Part shown: positions 49,900 through 61,590 of the stretch, one piece after another
Position numbering within the stretch: position 1 is the stretch's first letter
Layout of the letters: each line of letters opens with the position of its first letter
NCBI GenBank assembly: GCA_043228905.1
Contig: JBHGNT010000022.1
Coordinates: 7,998,001-8,062,000 of the forward strand
DNA: 64,000 nt
From: Azolla caroliniana
Lineage: Eukaryota > Plantae > Polypodiophyta
Reading direction: 5' to 3'
The notes under the pieces: model-generated
Told to the model about the DNA's origin: nothing
The model's database searches: none
The model's input: the letters and a program-made list of their open reading frames with translations, nothing else
Made by a program: the position numbers and the translations under genes

Positions 49900-52029
49900 C
49901 TTGACGAAGTGCGTGGTAGGATGTTCTTTGACAAGCTGCCTTTTTGTCTCAGTAGAGTGAGATCCCCCTATTACAAAGTAAATATATTGATCATGCTTTG
50001 TCACATCGAAGGCTTCTATGTCAGGACATTCCTCAGGATAAACCATTATGATAAATGGAACGACAGTGGCATGTGGATTTATCTTCATCTTTTTCTTGAG
50101 GTTTTGGACATGCAGTTTATGTGGTTCTTGAATCTGAAGTGGGCATTGTCCACTCTTCACGTCTATAGGTGGTCGATGGATGTGTGTAATCAATAGGTTG
50201 AACACTTGGCCTTTCCTTACAAGTTTCTTTTGCATAATTTATGTTCGAATTTTATTTTGCTTAGATGATAACACCCTAGAGGCTAGCTCTGCCCCTGGTG
50301 TTGAATGATTTTCTTCGTTATCTGTTCAACTTGAGTTCTCCGACTTCGACATCTTCGTCACCTTCTTTTTTGCAGGCCTCGAGTGAATGGCAACCGTTTT
50401 GGGTGGTGGTTTCTGTTTGAATGTGTTATCAAATTGTTAGAACTTTCAATTGCCTCCTTGAAGGATTCAGACCCATATGATTCTTTAATTGACCGATCTT
50501 CTGAAACATACATTTTGCTGACCCCCTTTTAACAACCTAAAAGTATTATTAAATTGTTAGAGTCGGGGTCTTCATAGTCTAAATGAAAAAGCCTCTTGTA
50601 ACTAAATGGGCGCTCATTTGCGAGTTGGTCATGCCCCTTGTTCCGTGCAATAAACAACACCACCTTTTTATTGGAGTTAATGTACTACATTGCCCGCTCA
50701 TAATCTGTCATATCCTTATCGTGCAATCTCTCCCCTCCTTCTGCAGGCACAAGTTTCTTTTGGCTCACTTCATCCGATGGTTGTCTTGTGAGGTCATCGT
50801 GAGAAAACAATTTCTTGGGCTTTTGAGAGAGTGTAGTCTTTTTGTGTTTGATTGTTTCTATTGGGGAGCTTTGGTATTTGCGTCAAATCTTCTTTACAAC
50901 TTGTCCATCTTGATTTTTGGTAGACCTAATGACAAAAAAATAGTTCTAACCGGTCAGAGCGTGGACCCCTATAATATTTTGAACATTTAGGTTTATATCA
51001 TGGTATTATTCTATCTAGTTTGTGTATGTATACAATTTCTAAAACCTCTCAGCATGGAAAACAGAAATACTATAGACTTATGTCTTCAAAGACTGATTCA
51101 CAACCTCAATTATAGCCAGAGCACTAAACAGTGGATTCATTAAAGGTTTTAGTGACCACGACTGACTTCTAACTAGTAGTTAGGGTCAAAGTTGCGTGTC
51201 TTATTTAAATGGACATATTGTAAAATAGCTGACTAAAAATCTAAATTTTGGGTCCATTTTGCTAAAGAAAAGATCCCAAATAGCCCAAAACTCCACATAA
51301 AGACATATAATGTACACTTGGTCTACATATCACCACTTTTTTCCACCATCTCGATACATTGTATTGAGTTGGTGTAAATAACCCTACTTTGTTTTTCAAC
51401 AAACTTTCTTCTTCATTAGTAGAAGTTCTTTATACATGACGAAATCATTAAGTTGAAAACATTACAATGGTTGTAGCCTTAATGACCTATAACAAATCTG
51501 AAAGAAGTACAGTGAAAAATTAAAAAGAATTCCATTGTTCATCCTATATATAATGAATGTGTAACAGAAACCCCTTTTTAGGCTGCTTCATCCAAACCTT
51601 GTTCAACAAAACCTTTCATGCCACTTAAAGTCAATGAATGACAGACATTACTTTATCACGTACAACATACTTGGGAAATGTCTGTTCTTCAACACCTGCT
51701 ATAGCTGCTGCATTTGTAGACAACAAACCTTCCATGATACACATGCACTTGGAATTCCTTCATCCTCACAACCATAATAACAACAGGGAATTGAATTGTG
51801 AAATCTTTACAAACTGCAGTATATCGTTAATTGATATCAATTTCTGGTACAACACAAGAATTCGTGCATTGTCATCATCGAGAATAGACTTGTATGAGAC
51901 CTCCCTACCATCAACCATCCATTTTATCACAAGAGGAGAACAATCCATCAATAGTCTGCTTTATCACAACTTTAATGGTGTCACATTAGTGATGTTGACG
52001 TTCGATTTATCACAAACTCAACAAAATAT

Positions 52030-52560
52030 GCTTCGACCCCCACACCATCTTCACTCATCCTTATCACACAAAAACAATTGCTTCATTTAGTCCACATCAA
52101 CCATCTCACCGATTACCGCCACGTTCCTGTACAAATAACAAACAAAATGAAACTAGAGTGTTTCCTCATCCCCTCATGATCGGCTTTGGCCCCCACACCA
52201 TCATCACTCATCCTCTCGTCATGTCAATATTAATATGCATCAATCCCTACCACCACACCAACGTCACTCGTCCTAATGAGCAACATAAATTCCTCACCTA
52301 CTTGTGATAATCTGCGTCAACCCCCACACCATCTTCACTCATCCTTATCCCAAATTTTTTCTTTTGCTTCATTAAGTCCACATCAACCATCTCGCCAATT
52401 ACCATCAAGTTCTTGAACAAATAACACCAAAATGAGTATAGAATGTTTCCTCATCCCCTCATATATCTAATTTTCCCCCCACACAATCATCACTCATCCT
52501 CTCGCTATGGCAATATGCTATAAAGACAAATAGCTACATAACAAAAACAACAAATAGGTC
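52030..52560. repeat. degenerate tandem repeats (CCCCACACCATC.TCACTCATCC units, ~285-bp higher-order period)
   Basis: Motif near 52037, 52190, 52321 and 52476; blocks 52037-52230 and 52321-52515 are homologous. Confidence 0.7.
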
Positions 52561-52959
52561 CTATTTGCTGCAATCCCTAAGAAACCTAAAATCTTCTTCA
52601 TTCAGTCCACATCGACATCTCGCTGACCATCTTACCATCTGCCGACTACCACCAACAACCTGTATAGTGTCGAGGAAATCCTCGTGTGTTCGCGAAATGA
52701 AGCAGGACCACCGGGGTCTTGGACCGGAAGAATTCGATGTTTTTAGCAACGTAAACGAGAAAGAATTGAAGATAGATAGATGGATGAAGACAGATAGAGA
52801 GAGATTGAGATAGAGATTGACCCCTTGACTTTAGTTTTACGAGACAAGATACATCACCATTAGGATAACTCAGATCTTTGATTAAAAGTTTTTTTTTTAC
52901 TTACATCACTTCCCCCCCTACACAAGCCCAACTATAGGCTTTTATAGGTCTCTCCATGC

Positions 52960-53037
52960 AAAAACCATGGGCTAAACCCACGGGCTAAAACCATGGGCTA
53001 AAACCATGAGCTGAAACCATGGGATAAAACCATGGTG
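52960..53037. repeat. six ~13-bp AAAACCATGGGCT repeats
   Basis: Seen directly; resembles the subterminal repeats of DNA transposons. Confidence 0.8.
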
Positions 53038-53070
53038 CCCACGGTTTCTATATGTTTGCTTCCTACAAAA

Positions 53071-53428
53071 TACTGAATATGAAAAGAAAATATACAAATT
53101 CTAAAGCACTCAGTATTGTCTTTAGTGGTAAGTTAATTTGTGTCCTATCTTGGAGGTGCAAGGTTCAAGCCTTGCTTCCACCCCTATGTATGCACTTAAA
53201 TGTTATTAGGCTTTAGTCTTATTTTTATAGTTACAATTGAGCGCACATCACACGTGCACATGTTTAACTTTTCATCTAGCTTTTCTTTTACGATTCTCAT
53301 TTCAGTCCTATTTACAACATGCTAGCACATGCGTGTGGCCTTCACCCCTTTCACACGTGCACATTGCACCTTCTCGATTTCGTTCGTTGCACACAATTTT
53401 CATACCGTTCTTGAAAATCTTCACGACA
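53071..53428 (-). repeat. ~360-bp repeat (probable LTR 5' part starting TGTCGTGAAG), inverted partner of 61228-61590
   Basis: Near-identical spurious ORFs at 53237 (+) and 61189 (-); both copies end at the same inner base. Confidence 0.75.
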
Positions 53429-54656
53429 TCCACCCCCACCAAACCGCATGTCCTCTAGTATATGCCAAGAAGAGAGACTTTGAGATTTCGGCTATGGTGA
53501 TTAGTACGATTCCTCCATTTCGAGCATGTCCATTCCCTTCACTAGAACCATTGTCGCCACCCAATCCACCATATCATTCGCTCATTCTTTGCTTTACCAT
53601 GACCAGTTGTCATGGCCCCTTGTTTTCCTTCCAAACATAATTGTTTAGGCTTTATACATGTTCCACCTTTGTCCCGATCGTCTGCTTGCTCAAGGCACTT
53701 TGACTTGTCACACATTTTTGTTTTGTGTCTTTCTCCCCAAGCCATTATCTGAATAATGACATTGACTACCCAAGTAGTACCTTTAAGTGCATGCCCGCTT
53801 TGAGATCCTTACGCGACCATGCTCTATATTTCTCACTTTGTCTAGTTTCATGATACAATCTCATGTTAGAGTTGACAATCTTCACACAAGTGTCTTTGCT
53901 AGATGTTTTGATCACATCCTTCGTATCCTGATGGCTCGCTTGGCCATCGTCATCCCTTGTCATACTTTGCTCAGACTCTTTGTTGTATGCATCAACTTTT
54001 GTTTCTATGCTTTGCTTGACCTCTTCCTCCCACATATAAGCTTCAACCCTTGCTTCTTCGTCATCATTGTCCTTGTCTTGGGTCTTACATTGGTAAAATA
54101 ATTATTTAAGATTATCTTAATGGATTGATATGGAAAGATAGATGTCTTCAAGAGATTTATAACGCATTTTACTACACATGAAACGGATAAACAAGTATCA
54201 AGTTATGTGAGTGTGAAGTTTTAGAAGATTGGGAAAAACAAAACTATGAGATATCCCATATAGATAGGACAACATTGGATGCCATAGTATATAAGGAGAG
54301 CCAGACCTATTACTTCACGTTTATGTGTGAAGCACAAAATGTTCAAGGTGGCTTGGGCTACACTGTGTGGATGATTGGCTCAGATGATTTTGGGTCACGG
54401 CTTGATCAGCCACGGTGTACAGCTCGGTTAGGACATGCTTGTCTACGGATGCGTACTCGGCTCGGTCGGGACATGTGAGTCTGCGGATGCGTACACAGCA
54501 CGGTCGGGATGCGCGCGCATGGAAACGGTGCATTGCTCAGTTGAGATACACGCACGCACGAACGCGTCTACGGTTTGGTTGCAATGCACGTACGGATTAT
54601 GCACGGGCTGAACTTTATGGATGATTGGATCATGTGGCCGAATTATACGAACGATC

Positions 54657-54770
54657 GCATGCAACTAAAAGTAAAGGCTAAGCAACTAAAAAAGGAGGCC
54701 ACGCAACTAAAAATAAAGGCCAAGCAACGAAAAATGGAGGCCATGCAACTAAAAGGGGACGCATGCAAAG
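54657..54770. repeat. 21-bp tandem repeat GCAACTAAAA..AA/GAGGCCA
   Basis: About five copies seen directly. Confidence 0.75.
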
Positions 54771-54872
54771 GAACATGGGAGGCTATGATCAACAAAAAAC
54801 TTTGTATATGTTCCACTCTTTTTTTTCTCTAGTTTTTTTTTCTCTTCTACTCTCTCTCATTCCTTGGGGAAA

Positions 54873-55080
54873 AATAATCTCTCATATTCATATCGGACCA
54901 CTACTTACATGGTTGTTGGCTCCTTTCTTTCAAGAATAATCTCTCATATTCTTATCGGACCACTCCTTACATGGTTGTTGGCTCCTTTCTTTCAAGAATA
55001 ATCTCTCATATTCATATCGGACCACTCCTTACATGGTTGTTGGCTCCTTTCTTTCAAGAATAATCTCTCATATTCATATC
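54873..55080. repeat. 62-bp tandem repeat, ~3.3 copies
   Basis: AATAATCTCTCATATTC.TATCGGACCACT.CTTACATGGTTGTTGGCTCCTTTCTTTCAAG repeated. Confidence 0.9.
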
Positions 55081-55269
55081 CAATCTGTTGTAACATGCTT
55101 ATAGACTTATAAAGAATCTATTTTCTTTTGCAAGAAACGAACGTTTTCTCCCACCTACTTGTCTTATGTTTAAATCTTGCTTGTGTTGTACGGGTGAGCA
55201 CTAATTCCTTCTAGTCCATAACCCCGACGGTTCCACCTCACGATTTGCTCATAGTGATGGATTTTCACG

Positions 55270-56990
55270 AAAAAGGATAGGCGTTAGGGATTGCATTATG
55301 CCGAAGGCTCAGGGCAAGCCGAAACGGGCCCAACCTTTGTGATGAAGCAGAAAGCCAACTCAATGGCGGTGAACACTTCAAGGTTGATTGAGGTGTGGTA
55401 TGTGGATTTGGGCACGTTGAGCCACATGAAGAATCACAAGGAGTGGTTCTCGACTCTGGAAAAGCCTAACCAGTCGAGGGTCGTCAAAACAGGTGATGAC
55501 ACCCCACACCTCATTGAACACATAGGAAATGTCCCTCTAAGCGATGTTGGCCAGAAGGGAATCATGAGGAATGTCTTGTATGTGCTCACAATCACCAAGA
55601 TTTTGGTGTCAGTCGGACAAATTATTGACCATGGCTTGCAAGTTTGATTTACTCATCTGGGGGCTTCATCGAAGGAGGCAAGATAATCACGCAAGGGCAC
55701 CAAGAAGGGAGGATGCTCATCCTCAAGACCAACAACGTAGGCACCGTTATGTTCACAAAAGGGTAGAAACTTGAATCGAGTATCGACATGTGGCAAAAGC
55801 GGTTCGACAATGTCAATTTCCCACGACTTCGAGAGATGTAGACGAAAAACATCGTTTTCGGCTTGCCGAAACTCAGTTGCCAAAAGGACCAAGTCTATGA
55901 AGCCTGCCAGTTAGCGAAGCATCACCAACTTCCATTCCCAAATGAAAGAAATTGGAGCCGAAACAAAATTGATTTAATCCATTCAGATGTATGGGGACCG
56001 GCGCAGAACGTGAGTATCGGTGGAAGTCGTATTTTTGTAACCTTCATCGATGACTACACTCGACACACTTGGGCGTGCTTGATCGAGAAGAAAATTGAAG
56101 TATTCTCCTACTTTTTGAAGGTGAAAATCCTTTCCGAACGGGAGACAGGTTGAAAGATCATGTGCCTAAGGTCCGATAGCGGGAAAGAGTACTTTTTCCG
56201 ACAAGTTTTCTAGCTATCTGCAAAAGGAAGGAATTCAACGCGAATTCTCCTACAGATACATGCCACAGCAGAACGGCGTGGCCGAAAGGAAGAATCGGAC
56301 GATCGAAGGAGCGGCTAGGGCAATGCTTGAAGAGAAGCATATGCCGAAGTTTTACTGGGCCGAAGCCCTCAAAACGGTGGTATACCTGCAGAATCAGACT
56401 TCTGCAAATGAAGGAGTGTCGCCACATGAGCTGTATTTTGGGAAGAAACAAAATTTGGCACACTGGAGGGTTTTCGGTAGCATTGCATATGTGCATGTGC
56501 CGAAAAAGAAGCGGAGGAAGCTAGATGCGAAAGCCGAGAACTGCATTCTTGTCGACTACTTGGAGGAGCAAAAGGGTTATAAGTGTTATGACCCCCAAAT
56601 GAAAGAGGTCAGAGTAAGCCGAAATGTCGTTTTCGACAAGTGAGCTAAGTGGGCCAAATGAGCGACTGGGTTGGATTGACCAGTTAGATGATGAGTAGGC
56701 CAACAGTGGAGTCTCGGTCATGCAAATCCCATGCCAAAAACCGAGGAGACAGTTTGAGCTCAAGGAGAACGGGAAGATGAAGCCATCAGAGTATGACACC
56801 GAGGCTGAAACGTCAGATTGAAGCGAATCCGACACAGCTAGACGCAAGGAGGGACCTCGAAAAATGAGGTCGAAATTGGTTGAGAGGGACATGAAATCGG
56901 CAAACCAGAAGTTACGTGGATCCACCCACCAAAAGAATCCTGTAGTTCGGTACAGGTATAATGAGTATATGGCACATCATTATGCATATA
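55270..56990 (+). mobile_element. degenerate copia fragment (protease-integrase), related to copia B
   Basis: WYVDLGT, IHSDVWGP, FIDDYTR, PQQNGVAERKNR; many stops. Confidence 0.85.
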
Positions 56991-57387
56991 TTATCATGAA
57001 CACGTGACCATTATGGCGTCACCCGAACTTGAACCTCGAACTTGTAATCCATAATTGAAAACCTCAACCATTAAGATAGATTTTTCTCAAATGAGAGGAT
57101 AAAAGCTACTTTTTGTAAAAATTCTAGATCATTCTAGAATGTTCTAGAGAAATCTCTAAGCTATTCTATAGGAACCTATAAATAAGGGCATACATGTATT
57201 CTCAAATCAATTTGAATCAACACCAATCTTTAGCTCCCGTTACTTATCTTGTATCCATTCTCTTTCTTTCTCTATCCTAATACACCCATTCTTCTCTTAG
57301 CATTTCGTTCCTTTCTTCTTATTTTCCCTTATATCCTTCTTCCATCACTCTATCTTTTATTCTTGGTTTTGACAGTTTGATTCGAAT

Positions 57388-57389
<2 letters not shown>

Positions 57390-57438
<49 letters not shown>

Positions 57439-60400
57439 GTTCACTCCAGCCATTGTTTTCTACGTTCTATAGCTCGTTGGAGAGGTCCTTCACAAATATT
57501 TCTAAAGAATGTTCATTTTCTGAATTCCGTTACTGTGGCGAGAAGTTATGAGCATTTTCATCCGCAAGCATCTTTGTCCCACGGTTCCTCAAACGCAAGG
57601 TAGATTTTGAGGTCCTAAATCGAGTGAACAGTACATTCTCTCTCCCTCCCTCTCTGTCTCTCTCTTCCCGTAGGGTTTGTCCCTACAATGGCAAACACTC
57701 GTAAAGCCTCTACAAAGTTCGGAGGTATGATTGATAATGAGCCGAGATCACCAACAAATCTCGATACCAATGCAATGGACAAAATGCTTATGGGTCACTT
57801 GATTTCTCTTCAAGAAACCATAAACAAGCAAGGTGAAGAGATTAGGACGTTAATGAAAGAGAATGCTAAGCTCCAAAATGTTGTCATTGAGAAGGAAAGT
57901 CTTAAGCAAGTGGTTGCAAAACATCAAGAAGAGATTCAAGAATGTAAAAGATCTTCGATGAAAACAAATGAGCGCCTTAACAAGATTGAGTTAAAGGAAG
58001 CATTAAAAGAAGAAAAATTGAACACGATGAGGCGGGATGTAAGTGAGATGAAAAATGTGTGTACAATGAAGTCATGGGCCGATGTATGTGGTGGGGATGT
58101 GGTATCAAACTCGTGTAATATGCATGTGATTCATCAAGAGAAGAATATAGAAAGCATAAATGTCCGAGAATTGAAAGAACATGAACAACAATCAAAGAAC
58201 ATTGTCGTTCGTGGGATTAAAGAAGAGAGTATGGAAACACCCGCATCCCTTGGAAAGGCCATTGGTGAATTTTTTAGCATGCATTATGGGATGTCAGATG
58301 TGAATGTATATGGGGCACACCGAGTTGGGAAACACGGTGTTACTCGCTCCGGAGAAAGGCCAATTGTATGCACAATGACAGATGATACAAAGCAGCGGAT
58401 CATACTCGAAAATAGTTGGGTATACCTCAAAGGTACGCAATGCTTTGTGAGTGAGGATCGTACTATCTCACAACAAAATGCTCGCCATAAAGCATATGAA
58501 GAAAGATTGAAAAATAAGGTTAAGGATGTGCCTGAAGATGGAAATGTAGACAAATAGGGACACGTGACTGATGAGACTAACCCACGCCTTTTACGACTAT
58601 GCTTTTGGAATTGCAATGGATACCCATGGAATGCGGGATTTGGCATAGAGGAGTTCACCGATAACTCGGATATCATACTTCTTTTTGAAACATGGGAGCA
58701 TGATACTCAAAGGATTCAAGGTTTAGGAATCTATAATGTGCACTCTTTGATATGGAAGAAAAATCCAATACAAAGAAGAAGACAAGGAGGGGTGGCATGT
58801 TTGATTAAGAAGGAAATAGAGAAATATGTGTCAATTATAAAAAATGATGAACCTAAATGCTACATATGGTTCAAAATAGAAACACCTAATGATTTGCCCA
58901 CTTTTGTAGTTGGATGTTACATTCCTCATAAAGATTCTAAGTTTTATGCTTGTTTGGATAAAGATCAACCTTTTGCCAATCTAGAAGATGATATTGCTTA
59001 TTTCAAATCCAAAGGGGAAGGTATTGTCTTTGGTGACATGAATGCTCATACAGAAGTTTCCAACTTGATTCACAAGAATCTTTCATGCCACATATCTCAA
59101 GGATGCAAGTGGATATGCAAATGTATAGCTGCTTTTCTAGCGATGAAAAAGATCTGAACCAATTTGGGAAGTTACTCCTACAAATGTGCAATAGTACCAC
59201 ATTGCTTATTGCAAATGGTATTTCGTTATGGCCCAACACTAATGCTTTTACATGTAGAAAACACAATGGAAATAGTGTGATTGACTATGTGCTACTTTCC
59301 GAAAGTATTTTGGATCGTATACATAAATTCTCACTTGGTGAATGGACACCGGAATTTGATCATAGGCTTTTATGTATTGATCTCAAATGTATGCATAGGT
59401 TTGATTGTGAGATGGCTATTGAAGATAATAAACAACCGCACTTGAGCATGAACCTTAAGCGAGCGCCCATGTATTCCAAGATGTTTCAGGATATGTTATA
59501 AATGACAAAGATACAACACGGTGCCACACTAGAATGCAAATGGGAACCTTTCAAGAAAGTCATTCTCTCCTGTACAAACAAATGTTTTTCGCCCAACCGC
59601 ACATCTTGGAAATGCACCAAGAAACTTAGGGAAAACTGGTTTGATAAAGAATATTGTGAAGCTCACAAGTGCCTTATGGTTTTGGATGTAGTTAAGGATA
59701 AAGAGTATTACCAAAAGCATTTGCATGAGTATAAAAGCCTTATTCAAAGAAAGAGAAGAATATGGGAAGTTACTCAACAATTTATCCAAACGCGAGAGAA
59801 AGCACATGCATGTGCCAAATTTTGGGGAAATCTATAGGGGAAACGTATTGAGAGTTATGGTGACTTAACTCTTCACGACTTGTCTATGCATTGTAAGAAT
59901 TTACATGAGTTATCTCTTGCCGGAAAGATGATGTGTTATGGTTCTCTATCACATATGTCTCCCTTCTTTACAATTGAAGATATATGCATAGGACTTAAGA
60001 AATTGGCCTCTCGAAAGGCAAGCAATATTCAATGTATAAAAAGGCTGAAATGCTCAAATGGACAGGAAAGGAAGCACTTGTATGGATAAAAGATATGTTT
60101 AATGATGCATTGCAACAGGGTATGCCATACGATTGGACTACAAATTGGATCAAACCTTTACATAAAGGTGTAGATGTAAATAATGTAAACAACTATTGAA
60201 CCATCATGGTTGGATCATTAATGGAAAAACTGTTTGGATGTATAATGGAATCAAAGATTAGTGTATGGGCTGAAAAAAATGGTAATAGAGCTTATGGACA
60301 AGCTGGCTTTCGAAAACACCATAGCACCATTCATCACCTTGTCACCCTTCGAGTATTAATGGAGGAAAGTCGCCTTAGAGGTAAAGGTTTATATTGTTGC

Positions 60401-61227
60401 TTTGTAGACTTCAAGAAATCTTTCGATATGGTACCTCGTGAGCATCTTTTGGAGGCGAATGGAAGAACTTGAGGTTCCAAAGTGAATATATGCTTGCAAT
60501 TTCCCGAATTTATGAGAAGGTTATATGTTGTGTGCGCATGACAGATAAACTTTCAGATTCTTTCAAAAGCACTATTGGTGTTAAGCAAGGATGTCCACTG
60601 TCACCAACATTATTTGGTCTATGCATTGATGAATTGGAAGAAATGGTTACCAAGTTTGCAAAGGAAGAATGTGTTGAAGAAGTTGTCATTGGGAACATTG
60701 TTGTGATTATGCTTTTACTATATGCAGATGATTTAGTGCTTTTTGCAAATAATTTAGGAGATGCACAAAAGCTTATGAAGGCATTGGAAAAATTTGCATT
60801 CATACTAAATTAAGTGTCAATAGCTCTAAAACAAAGATTATGCTTGTGAAGAGCCAGAAAAGAGATAAACCATGCATTATGTACAACAATGAGCCACTTC
60901 AATGTGTGGAAAGCTTCAAATATCTTGGCCTTGAAGTTCCTTCAAATCATAGATGGAATGAATGTGCTACACGCCGCTTAGAGGCAGTTAAGCGAGCATA
61001 CTATGCATTTGACAACAAATGCAATCTTGGAGATATGAAGTGTTAGGTCCTCAAGAAATATCTTTTCGACACTTTGGTGACACCCGTTCTTCTCTATTGG
61101 GTGGAAGTATGGGGCGGTAACATTCCTAAATCTATGTGGAAAGAGTTTGAAAATGTCCAAAAACATTTTCTTACAATGTTTCTACAAGTTAAGAAACAAA
61201 CGCCCTACACCCTCCTCCTTCAGACGG
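57390..61227 (+). mobile_element. near-full-length LINE (ORF1 + APE endonuclease/RT ORF2), 3'-truncated and frameshifted
   Basis: FWNCNG, ETW, GGVA, GDMNA, IDY, DH endonuclease motifs; QAGFR, FVDFKKSFD, GVKQGCPLSP, LLYADD, FKYLG; stops at the repeat beginning 61228. Confidence 0.9.
57688..58557 (+). CDS. LINE ORF1-like protein (coiled coil + RRM-like), 289 aa
   Basis: Coiled-coil N-half, KNIVVRGIKE, AHRVG...RPIV, FVSEDRT; sits directly upstream of the endonuclease-RT ORF2. Confidence 0.75.
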   Translation: MANTRKASTKFGGMIDNEPRSPTNLDTNAMDKMLMGHLISLQETINKQGEEIRTLMKENAKLQNVVIEKESLKQVVAKHQEEIQECKRSSMKTNERLNKIELKEALKEEKLNTMRRDVSEMKNVCTMKSWADVCGGDVVSNSCNMHVIHQEKNIESINVRELKEHEQQSKNIVVRGIKEESMETPASLGKAIGEFFSMHYGMSDVNVYGAHRVGKHGVTRSGERPIVCTMTDDTKQRIILENSWVYLKGTQCFVSEDRTISQQNARHKAYEERLKNKVKDVPEDGNVDK

Positions 61228-61590
61228 TGTCGTGAAGATTTTCGGCAACGGTATGAAAATTGTGTGCAACGAACGAAATAGAGAACATGCAATGTGGACA
61301 TGTGAAAGGGGTGAACGCCACACGCATATGCTAGCATGTTGTAAATAGGATTGAAATGAGAATCGTAAAAGAAAAGCTAGATGTAAAGTTAAATATGTGC
61401 ACGTGTGATGTGCGCTCAATTGTCAATATGAAAATAAGACTAAAGCCTAGTAACATCTAAGTGCATACATAGGGTTTAGGGTTTAGGGTTTAGAGGGTTT
61501 AGGGTTTAGGGTTTATTTAGAATTTGTACTTACCACTAAAGCCACTACTAACTACTTTAGAATTTGTATATTTTCTTTTTCATATTTAGT
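61228..61590 (+). repeat. inverted partner of 53071-53428, containing interstitial telomeric repeats
   Basis: Aligns to the reverse complement of 53071-53428 except for the (TTTAGGG)n tract at 61470-61515. Confidence 0.8.
61470..61515 (+). repeat. interstitial plant telomere repeat (TTTAGGG)~6
   Basis: TAGGGTTTAGGGTTTAGGGTTTAGAGGGTTTAGGGTTTAGGGTTTA. Confidence 0.95.

Larger units (their letters stand above)
30798..50924. mobile_element. second, inverted, decayed copy of the ParB-MTase transposon
   Basis: TIR-like AACACGTTTGCGTTCAGAAGTGGACGGATCACACATTCGACTTTTAG at 30798 matches the MTase-side end of copy 1; homologous exons follow on the minus strand; no transposase or far TIR found. Confidence 0.8.
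32117..50924 (-). pseudogene. ParB-like/beta-class DNA methyltransferase gene, copy 2
   Basis: Exons 32117-32472, 32564-32856, 32951-33417, ~48439-48580 and ~48658-50924 with the same intron positions as copy 1; NIPYGFRMAG, DLFSDTGTT, YFVIGGSHS; many stops, frameshifts and insertions. Confidence 0.85.

Noticed and set aside
53071-61590. single 8.5-kb element with 360-bp TIRs
   Set aside because: No TSD; interior is unrelated copia and LINE debris; the shared sharp boundary is the inner TG end, consistent with two separate LTR-like copies.
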